Source of the DNA: Bugula neritina
Lineage: Eukaryota > Animalia > Bryozoa
Direction: 5' to 3'
DNA length: 64,000 nt
Assembly: GCA_964035545.1 (NCBI GenBank)
Contig: OZ037766.1
Span: 12,886,722 to 12,950,721, forward strand
Under the pieces are notes generated by a model. It did no database searches, had not been told where the DNA came from, and was given only the letters and a program-made list of their open reading frames with translations. The translations under genes and the position numbers were made by a program. Positions 25,301-36,400 of this stretch are shown piece after piece. Position 1 is the first letter of the stretch, and every line of letters starts with the position of its first letter.

Positions 25301-28300
25301 ATTTCAATTTAAACAAAGTATTACTTTCAGCTTTGTTCTTGTCTAAAGGTTGGTTACTCTACTACTGATTGGAAAGATAAACACTATTCTTTTTAAAGTA
25401 CACTGAGCTATGATAATGAATTTTTCATTCTAATGTATGTTTTGTCCATGGAAATATTGTTTGTTTGGTGGGTTTATACAGGTATTGCAGATTCCACATC
25501 TGGCCAGCCATGCTTTGCCCTTGACTGCAGCTCAAAGAGCTAAGTTCTGTAAAGAGATAAAAGGTTTAAAAGTGGAGGCAGCTAATACAGAGTTTAGGCA
25601 GAAATACCTAGTAATAGATGTTACTAATCTGCCTGCATTTACACAACCGTATGTATTGTAAGAATATCAGGTGAATTCAGCTTCTGATTTGAAACTACTT
25701 TCAAGTTTCTAAAGCTAGTTATTAGCATTTTTAAGAATATTGAAGCTTTTACTAGGTTTTTTTGATTCTGAAACTTCTTTTACTAGATTTAAAAGCCTTT
25801 AGTTTAAAACAAAGTTTTTCAAAAAAAGCTCATGAAAATGATGAAAAAGTTTATATTATCTTATGCAAATAATGTTTGACTCTTTGGTTACTCAGAATAT
25901 TTTCTCTCATCAAAGTTGGATATTCCATGTCACCATCAGCAGCAGCAGCAGCTATCATTTTAGTGTCACTCATTGCTGAGAAGGATTTCACTCTTTTCTG
26001 TTCTTTTCACTATTTCTGTGCTTTAGGTTTCCAATGCCAATTGGAGAAGAAACTGTTGAATGTACTGTGGCACAATATTTCCAATACAGATATAAAAACG
26101 AACTTCAATTTCCACATTTTCCATGCCTACAAGTTGAATGGAAGCAAAAACAAATATATTTTCCTTTAGAGGTTTGTATCATATGTGACTTTTGATCTGT
26201 CTTATAGTAAAAAACAGTTCTTGGCATAGGCCACAATCTGTTGTGTTGACAGATGTAATATATTTTCTATGCCTAAAACCAAGCGATAGCAGAAATATTT
26301 AGCTATAGGTTTATTTGCTCTGCATTGCCAATTATTAACATCTATTCCAGGTATGGTGTTCCTGATTCAATTTGTTGACATTTTTGTACTTGTCTGCAAT
26401 TAAAGATATAGTTTTTGACTAATTTGTTCATGTTGTCTTTTATCCAGCCTAATGCAATAATCTGTTAAACAAGTTTTTCAAAATTACTTTTGTTTTCTAA
26501 CAATTTTGCAAATTAATGTATAAAGATGACTTTTCTTTAGGTATGCTGCATTGTGGATGGTCAGAGGTGCATCAAGGAACTTACTGGGCAGCAAAATTTG
26601 CTTAAAGCCACAGCCGGTTCAGCCCCTGATACACAAAGTGATATCAACAATGAAGTAAAGAATATATTTCGCTGGCTGTGGCAACTATCACTTTGTAAAC
26701 TGAAGCACATGCTTGTATCGGTGTATTATAAGTATACTAGTAATCGTTTTTGTACCGGATATAAGTAGCTTGCAATTTTGCTTGTCAAATATTTTGAACT
26801 TACTATACTAGGTCTTTAAATGTTAGCTGCAAGGTTTTGTGGTTTACCAGTAAAGTTATGGAGCAGGTTACTCAATTTCAACTTTTTTGGGATTACATGA
26901 GTAGTAGCAAAAAAGTTCACTTATAAGCTAAATACACTAGATTTATTTCTGAGAACAGTCCATTTGTTCTCATAGACATTAAAAATTAAATGTGGTTGCA
27001 GATGGCGGTAGCTAAATTCAACCATGGCTTACTGCAGTTTGGTATATTTGTGGGTGATAAAATGAGAGAAGTACAGGGGCGAGTGTTGAGTCCCCCTGCT
27101 ATACTATATGGTGGAAAGGTGAAGTATCAGGTCTTTTTAAAATTTCTGTAATTCACTTGCTTTTGATGCCTTATTCCTACTTTTTAAAATATCATTGGCT
27201 TTGTGATACTTAAATACACATAGCTTTTGTACATAACTATCATGCCGTTTTTATATGAAATAGTTGCAATTTTTGCAGACAGAAGCATTGCCTATTCAAG
27301 GCACGTGGGATATAAAGAATAGAAAGTTGTTTGCTGGCATTAGGATTGATGTGTGGGCTATAGTGTGTTTTGTTCCTTCAACATCAATGGAAATTGGCAT
27401 GTTGGTGTAGGTTTACAGTTTAAACTCGCTGTGGCATTCATATTGCAACTTCCTATAGAATGATCACTGTTTAGTGTCATTATAAATTTGACATTTATAA
27501 TTTTAATTTAAAATAAGCTGTTTTTTCCAGTTAATAGGAAGGAACATGTTTTAATGGAGTCAAAGCAAACCTGTAGGTAGGTAGGTAGGTTAAAGTTTGT
27601 ACACACCCTTCTGCAACTTGTCTAAATAATATAAATATAGCAAAAGCCTGCATATTCCTTCCATTCTTAAACAAAACTAGTGTCCTTTTGAACAGATTCT
27701 TCCCGCTCAACTATATATGTAATATTTTAGTTATTCTTATGAATTTCAGACTAATTATATTTTCATTATAGAGAATTTACTAATCAACTCCACCTTGTCT
27801 CAAACAAACTTGGAATGCACATAGTAAGAACTCCTTGCTGCTGCCAATACGCATCTAGACCAGAAGAGGTTGAACCCTTGTTTCAACAGCTGATAAATAG
27901 ATATCCATCACTTCAACTTGTGTGCGTTGTGGTCTCTTACCAATCTCCAGTCTATGGTAACAGCTACTTTTTAGCTAATTGCTATTATGTTACAAGAATA
28001 CCCCATTTAGTCCCATAACATTTCCTGTTGTAACTCTATTGTCGCAGAACTTTCCTCTTCCGGTTTTGGAGTAGGTCTTAAACTTTTATAAGAATATTAC
28101 AACCACCCCCAGCTGTAACTCTTGGTTTTAGAGCAGCAGGTTTCAAACTATTGTAAGAATATTACAATCTCTTGCCACTTTGTTTATTAAGGCACTTGTA
28201 AATATTTATTAGAAATTGCTAAGTTAATTCAATATGCATATGCATATATTATGTAATTCATCATTTCATGCAACCTAACATATTCTGTTGCTTATTAAAG

Positions 28301-29288
28301 TTGTGCTGATCTATTTTAGTGTACACAGTTATCTTAGCAGATGGGTAAATTTATTTCAATGACTTTTTCACCAAAATACTAAAACAATTCTCCACGACTG
28401 CATTGCTTTCTGAATATATATAGCATACCAGTTATTAGACACACTTAGCAGTTTGTTTGAAGTTTGATTAGATAGTCTTCATGCGATTTTCATTTTTTTA
28501 GCTGAAGTTAAAAGAGTAGGTGACACTGTAGTTGGATTGGTTACACAGTGTGTACTTTCCAAAACTATTCATAGCTTATCTCCACAAAGACTCGCCAACA
28601 TCTGTCTCAAAATAAATACCAAACTTGGTGGGGTCAACAACATTCTACTACCCAGCATCAGGCCAAGTGTATTTGAGTAACTATTAATACTATTTATTTC
28701 CTTAATTGTGTGTTCTTCCATGTTTGTTACAAGTCGTAAATGTGAATTATTTTCTCGATCAAAATGTTTGAGTAAAAAACTTGTATACTATATTTTGCAT
28801 TTTCCTAGTGATCAGACAAAATATAGTTTAAAATATTTTTGCGATTTTATAGTATTAAGAGAACATTTTACTTGTTTTATTGGTATGTTTTCAACTGCAT
28901 GCGATATCTATGAAATGGGTATAGAGTTTTCTTAAATTAAATAAACACTATCTTGGAATTTACCATAAGGACATAGTAATATATTTAGCATATAATTTAT
29001 TTTTATTCGCCTAAATTGTATAGAGTATTTTCTGATATAGAATATATTTGATATTATTTTCTTAATTTGATTCATTTATAGAAAACCTGTGATCTTTTTT
29101 GGAGCTAATATTAACCACCCGCATGTTGAAGGCCTTGACGAAGTAGCCATTGCAGCTGTAAGTTTTACTTATGTGTCTTGTTTGACATTTCTCACAACCA
29201 AATTTGGCTATTTTTCTTGCTTATTGAGCTACTTATATTGCAAGTGACTGTAGTTATGTTCTAATTGCTAGGCCATTGAAAAATAATT

Positions 29289-29360
29289 GCCCCCACTGGG
29301 AATCAAACCCTAGACCTCTGGCTTGCAAGCAAGTGTGCTAACCATTACACCACAGGGACC
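29289..29360 (-). mobile_element. tRNA-derived SINE head or tRNA pseudogene in AGO-B intron 12
   Basis: Minus strand reads GGTCCCTGTGGTGTAATGGTTAGCACAC...GGGTTTGATTCCCAGTGGGG. It has an A box and a degenerate B box (GTTTGA), but poor acceptor and anticodon stems. Confidence 0.65.
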
Positions 29361-30060
29361 ACTGGGTAAACTTGTCACTACAGCCATATTAAACAGATTT
29401 GAACTGTGCTGTTTTAGGTTGTGGCTAGTATAGATGCCCACCCCTTTCGCTACTCCTCCACTGTGTGGGTCCAGAAGAATAAGCATAATATTATAGAAGA
29501 CCTGGCTGGTATGGTTAAAAAGCTGCTTATATCTTTCTACATAGCTACCAAGTATAAACCACATAGAATTATCTTCTACCGAGCTGGAGTGTGTGAAAGC
29601 CAGTTTAGTCAGGTACGTCTTCCAAAAGACGAGAAATAATTACTTCAGTGTTAAAATGACTGGTTACAACATTTTAGAAATTTAATAATTCCATTTGGAG
29701 ACTAGGTTGTGGTTAGTTTAACTGAAATAATATAATTGTAAAACACGTTATAGGGAAAATCTGCTAGTTTTTTTTACTAAAAGTACAATGAATACTTTTG
29801 GTATTTCAAGGTGCTGAATTATGAGGTGAGAGCTATAAGAAGGGCTTGTTTGATGTTAGATATAGAATACCAGCCTGGTATTACACTAGTAGCAATTGAC
29901 AAAAAGCAAAATATACAACTTTTATGTGCTGACAAAAACAATGAAACTGGCGAAGGTCGTAACATACCCGCTGGTACAACTGTGGACTGCGGAATCACAC
30001 GTCCATCTGTGTTTGATTTCTTTCTCTGTAGTCACAGAACTGCACAGGTAAAAACATCCT

Positions 30061-30204
30061 ACTATTTTCTGCAGTTGTATGCTCTATTCTGCAGTTGTAT
30101 GCTCTATTCTGCAGTTGTATGCTCTATTCTGCAGTTGTTTGCTCTAGTCTGTGATTGTTTGCTCTATTCTGCAGTCCTCTGCTCTACTTGGCAATTGTCT
30201 ACTC
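30061..30204. repeat. 20-bp minisatellite (gcagttgtatgctctattct), about 7 copies decaying toward the 3' end, in AGO-B intron 14
   Basis: Directly visible tandem units. Confidence 0.95.
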
Positions 30205-33200
30205 AACCCTGTATCCATCTTCTGTAGAAGTAGTATTATTGACTCAAAACTATTGACAGTGAAAACAAATTTGTAATTTATTTTTCTTAAATTTATCAGG
30301 AATTTTTTTGAATTCTTTACAGGGTACTAGCCGCCCGTCTCACTACCATATTCTCTGGGATGACAACAAATTCGGAGCAGATGATTTGCAAAAACTGACG
30401 TATCAATTATGTCATACATTTGCACCAGAAGTATTTATGTACCAGCTCCTGTTTACTATGCTGACCTTGTAGCTAGTCGAGCTTGCAGTCACCTGAATAA
30501 AAAGAATAATAGCAGGTCTGTCACAGGCTGTCTATGCTTATTGGTAGTGAAATAATACAGCAGTTATACTATGATAACGGATATAGATACTATTGTAAAG
30601 GCTCTTGCTTTTCTGTCAGTGAGAGACTTCGACTTACTGATTGAGGAGACGTAACTCAAATAATTTAGCCCAGATAGATGTTTTATTGTACTCACAAAAA
30701 GTGTCTTCAGTATAATGCACATCATTGGATTGCTAAGTTTCTATACAAGATTCACATAGGCCTTTTTGTAAGAAGGAGGGGGTAGTATGCTGGTGTGACA
30801 TTTTATCTAATCCACCGATATATAGCTGTGTTTTCATTGGGTTAAACATTTCAAGTACTTATAAACCATTTAGCTGCTACTGTATGTATGCACTCATTAA
30901 TTAAAACAAATATATGATAAAGGAAGCCTTACAGTTTTATACTGAATAAACAGTTACATAATTCAATTTGATTTAATTTAGTTTAATTCATTTAAACATG
31001 TTTACATAAGAAGCAAAGAAGGAAGTAAAAACCTAAAAGTGCTTGTCCATCATGTATACCATAATTATCTTATGCCTATTGCCTATGTCTAATATTATTA
31101 ATTTTTATTTAACAATGTTTTTTGTAAATTAAAAGTTACTTTTGTGCTAATTTGTTAGCTTGTACAAATTTATTTGAAGCAGTTTTATTATTAAGGTGAT
31201 AATATAATATTCTAATTAAAGATTCTTTTTTAAAATTTATTGTTTGAAACAAAGCAACTTTCTTGCAAAACCATGAAGATTTCAAGCAGTGAAACTTGAT
31301 AAAACTACCAGTCTTTTACTATTAGTGCAAGTGGATATATTTTATAAATGTCAGTCTTATCCCTGCACGAAGATATTTTCAATTACACTATTTTTGTGTT
31401 GTTTACAGTTGTGGAAGCAGTTATATTTCTGAGAGCGATGACAAGATAGATTTGGCTGAACTGAACAGAGCTGTGAAAGTCCATCCAGCATTGAAATATT
31501 ATATGTACTTCATTTAACCCTCACAATACAATGAACATGACCACTTCATACTAGTGCTTGTCTTGGGCAGCCACCACTAAAAGAATATTCTCATGATATT
31601 ACATCATGTATATAGTTTGTAGTTGAGAGTTTGATATTAATATATTATAATCCCCTATAAAAGCCCTACAACTTCTGACATGTGCATCAAACTATGATGA
31701 ATGTAAGTTTGATTTAAGCAAGAAAGAAATTGATATTTAGTATACCGATTGCTGCAATAATATGCTGCCTTGTGGCAATACACATGCAGACCTTGATTGA
31801 AGTAATCTAATAAAATCCTCATTGTGGTAATATACTACTTTGGCATTTGTAACACCTTCTCTATCAAACCAAAATTTAGTTTAGTATAATGAAAATATAA
31901 TTTGAAAATTGTCACTAATATATCATTTTTAAAGTCCACTAAAACCCCTGTAACTTAGATTTTTTTATGTATGTCTTTATGCGTTTTATAATGCTATACT
32001 TCTGCAATAATTTATATAATATAATACAAATAAAAGCATTTTCAAGAAAAAGTCAACAACAATTTAAACTAATGATGTTTTGGAACAGATGAATTATTTA
32101 TACAGCAGCTGGTAAATTTTTTTTAATTATTAGCACTAATTAAACTTTATAGTAAATACCTTGTAGCTAGTAGGTGTATGACTTTACATAAAAAGTTCTC
32201 CAGAGATTATCTAGCATATCCCATCATGGCAGCATCACCTTTTCAGAATATATTAATTAACTTATAAAATTAATTGGTTCATTGTATTAAACTTCATTCA
32301 TTACAGCTTTTAAAACCATAGATGATGTGCATTTCAATAAACCATAGGTGCTCAGCAATCATCAAGTCTATTCCATTATAGCAGTGCCATCTACAACAGT
32401 TGTGTCTTAGTTTAGACTCATGATATCCAACCTTTTTTTTATTAACCTGAATGCAAAATCAAGCTAAGTAAACATTTTACAGCGCTGAACCTAACTTTGG
32501 AAACACATTTTACCAATTTTTAAGCTTTTTTAGAATGATTCTGCCAAAAGCTCAAGTTACCTAAGGCAACTTCTGTGATACCTAAGGTTAGCGCATTACT
32601 TTACCCAAACTATTTCGGTTGCAAAACATTCGCATCATTAGTTTCACTTTTCTTAGCGATTCCATTTCATTCCAGAGACACCTTTTCCGCTCATGTGCTT
32701 ATGTAACTAAGCAGTAAATTCAAATTATCCAGTCTGAGTCTATTCTCAGACTCAAGGCTTCAGCTAAATATCATATCAATGATAACCACTAACAGTGTAA
32801 AACTTCGTGATTTTAATTCATGATTTTACTCATTATACAAATATTTATCGTAATTCTAATACTTAGTTAATTATATGTTGGTCTATTTTTAATCTATAAT
32901 AATAATTATATTTAATTCATTTCAGAGATAAACTTAAAGTTAAAGTTAAAGATTTAGATTGAAAATTGAATTATATATTTAAATTTTAAAATAAAAAATA
33001 AATACCTATAGTTATACTTTCTTACATTTATGATTTACCTAATTTTATCGTTACTTGTAGTTGTATTTCAAGTTTAAATTATTTTATATTTCGATTTCTT
33101 AATTTTAATTTACAGGTGTTGGTTACCGTTATCAGTTATGCCTTATGGTAGACACAGTCATAACAGTCAATCACCTGCCTAGGTGAAAGTTCATTCATTT

Positions 33201-33441
33201 TTCTATTGTTTATGGCTTTAAAATTAATGTTAGATTATAATGGCTTCGAAAAATTATAATATTAATGTCAAATTATAGCGTGTTGTGGGGCATTCTTGTT
33301 ATATAAAGGAAATATTTATTCGGTCACATTTTCTACTTTCTTGTTAAATCTTGATAAACATGTGTGCAACAGATTATTTAAACTGCTATTTTTTATTTTG
33401 TCATTGCAGGTTGAGCTAAATATGTTTTATTTACTCAAGCA

Positions 33442-36400
33442 ATGTTTCAAAGAGCTTTGCTAAGCTGTGGTTACAAGGAGAGATTCACAATATTCACTAC
33501 TGTCAGAAGTCTTAGTAATGAGTTGAATGCATCTGAATCCGAGCCTGTTTCTCTAGAGAGTGTAACTTCTCATTTAACAAAATATGGCATGACTTATCAA
33601 CAGGGCTACGCATGCATTAAAACTACCTGTCCCCGATTTACTCAGCCAAAACTAAAATTGAATAAATTGGATCAGCTGTATATCAATAAAACAACTGGTG
33701 AGCGCTTTTGTGATATCTTTTTTCAATCCACTATATGATGATAATGCATTGATTCTATGATCAAATGTGTAGAACCAATGACTTTGTAGATATTTCTCGT
33801 GTGATTCTTATGCAATGCAACACCAGTTGCTATGGGTGCACTGGCCTTGATCTTGAGTTATTCATATTTGAGTTGGCATTTATCTCATTTTGTTATCATT
33901 TAAAAAATACTGTAAAAATATGTCCACTATGCTCATATAGTTACTGGGGCAGAGCAAATTGTATGTACATATTGATAGACTTTAATTTAATCATAATGTG
34001 CTTCATTTATTACAAAGCTCTTATTTTTTGTAAGATATAATTATTTCTGATATTAATACCAATTATACACCATATACTACATGCTGTCTAATCAATTTTT
34101 TGGAGATTCGTAATACAATATGCAGGAGCACTACACTGGTTTATGTCACGTGATAGAACCCTGAGCTTCATGAGATTACTCGCTGTATAAAATATAGTTG
34201 GAAATGTTTCAAGTATTACTGCTTGAATTATTGAAATGATAATTTAAGATATTTTTCTATGTTTTTTCATTTCAGGGTTTTTCGTGTGTGCAAACTGTAA
34301 GAGGTCTGGTCCTTGGGAAAAGCTGAGGGATAACATCAGTCTCATTGCTGGATCATTAAATAACGGGAAAGTGCTGAGACCTGTGTAAGATATAATCTTC
34401 AATTATTTATAAATTTTTTTGTGAAAATAATAATATTTTTTCATCATAATTAATCAATGATTTAGCTTTTGGAGTAATACTTAATCTTTTTCTTTTAAAG
34501 TTTATGCTTCAAGAATTGGACAGAAGATGCAAGTGAACAAAGTGTTCACGATTCAGTGTCTAAGATTATGTCTAAATGTGGAACAGAGCCTCTTGAAGAG
34601 GAAGAATTTGCTTACCTCTCTCAGGTAAATATTCTTGTGGAATTCTAACCTTTCTAACCACAAGTCACGATGCAAGATATTTAGTTCTGTTACGTTTATG
34701 CAGTATTGAAATATCCACTAACCTTTAGCTGCTTAATATCTTTTCGGAGTTGTGTGCCCAAACAATTTACGTTTTTCATCTGTCCCCTACATTTCAGAAT
34801 ATAAAAGCAATCATCCTCATAATATTATTGTTAGATGATAATTAGTAAAACTCGATAATGGTTTGATAATAAGCTTGATCTGCAAACTACGATATAGTTT
34901 TTTTGAAAATATTTTGCTAAAACTATTAAAACTATAGCAACTACTCTAACTGTTTGGAGTATCTTCCAAAAATACAGTTTAGGTTCAACAAAATAAATAG
35001 CACAATATCTTTGCTTTCTGTTGGTCATAGAGTTAGTTTTGCTTTACAAAATCTGTTCTCTTTTGTAGCACCTGAAAATGGATGGTATTAACCAAAGAAC
35101 ATTTACTGCTTATAATGTGAAAATATTAAATGATAAAAGTGGAGTGATTCTACCATCATGTAATATTGACATGGTTTATATTTGGGCGAAAACCATGTCT
35201 CTAAAAAATAACAAACTGAAAACGCAAACATATCCAAGGTATAGTTATGGACTGGCAGAAAAATCTGCTTTTCTACAATTTTTTTGTAATAGTTGCAATT
35301 ATTGTATCCGTTATCTTTTTACAGACGAACAATTTTGTTTCTGTTGTGTTGAGGTCAAGATTCGTTTCTTGTACTGCTGAAAGTGAGGCTGTAGCTTTTC
35401 CATAAATAATAATTCTGCTTCTTTGATCTGAATGTATATTTCTCAACAGTTTTATGTTATGTTAGATTGAGGGAATAATAATTCAGCTCTCCTAGCTTGA
35501 ATGCAATTTCTTTCAACACTTAGGCCTACTTGTTATGCTAGAATGTGTGACCTGTAATGAAACTGAACTTGTAGAAGTTGCACTAAGCACTTGCTTTCAA
35601 TACAGATCAAATAATTTCCCAGTGCTTACCGTAGCACTCTTCTAATGTGGCAGCAAAGGAGTTCTCAATTTGCACTGCTAAATGAGTATAACTCCTAACG
35701 CAGACAACGTAGTTTCAGCATTTTCTAAGATGGTGATTGTGTTATATGAATGATCACCAATACTCTATATAGAAAATGTCATGAGATTGTTTTAATGTTG
35801 CAGAACTAACTATAATGGCTTATTTGGTTGGCCAGTTGCTAGAAACAGGAAGCATGTTGTGCTGACATCTACTGAGGCAGATGCTATGGCCGTATACCAG
35901 GAGACTGGGGTGGCTGCTATTGCACTTCCTCGAGGAATTTCCACTTTACCTCAAGAGGTTTATCTTACTCTTTACTAAAGCAAATTTAAAATATAATAAA
36001 GTGTTTCTACCGATGACCTAGTTGTAAACAGTAATGGTGCTATCTTTCTATTGAATATGAAATCAATTCATCGGACTTAGCAAAATTTTGTTTGATAGAC
36101 TTAATTTGCTTGCAAATAAGTTATAATTTTATCAATTCTACATCGTGCTGGTTTGTTCTTGTAAAATTACTGACATTCAAAGTTAATACATGTGTGTAAC
36201 AACATGTTGCTTAATAGGTAGTAAAAATATTTTCTTTTTTCCAAACTCACAACTTGGTTTATTTGCTTTTTGCAGGCATTGCCTTTGCTTGAAGGATTTG
36301 AAAAAATAACTTTGTGGTTTGATAATAGCGTTCCGGCATTTGAAAGTGCAAAGACATTTGCGAAGAAGTTAGGAGAGAGTCGTACTTGTATAGTGAGGTA

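Larger units (their letters stand above)
23438..31517 (+). pseudogene. Divergent Argonaute paralog B; 16 exons with a 7-nt frameshifting deletion in exon 15 (young pseudogene, null allele or assembly error)
   Basis: Exons 23438-23631, 24039-24159, 24361-24542, 25018 (or 24994)-25207, 25482-25648, 26027-26171, 26541-26654, 27002-27118, 27279-27406, 27772-27956, 28502-28676, 29082-29157, 29418-29612, 29811-30047, 30323-30515, 31409-31517. Intron positions match A. The frame breaks at 30420 and a premature TAG follows at 30470-30472. The restored frame reads [20 protein letters not shown]...MYFI*. Confidence 0.85.

Noticed and set aside
29289-29360. Functional tRNA gene
   Set aside because: The T-loop is mutated (GTTTGA) and the acceptor and anticodon stems pair poorly.
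30061-30204. CRISPR-like array
   Set aside because: The 20-bp units are head-to-tail with no spacers, in a eukaryotic intron.
30674-30710. Minus-strand CTGAAGA...caataaaacatctat, sharing 15 nt with the hammerhead insert
   Set aside because: There is no GAAA core, and a short AT-rich match is compatible with chance.
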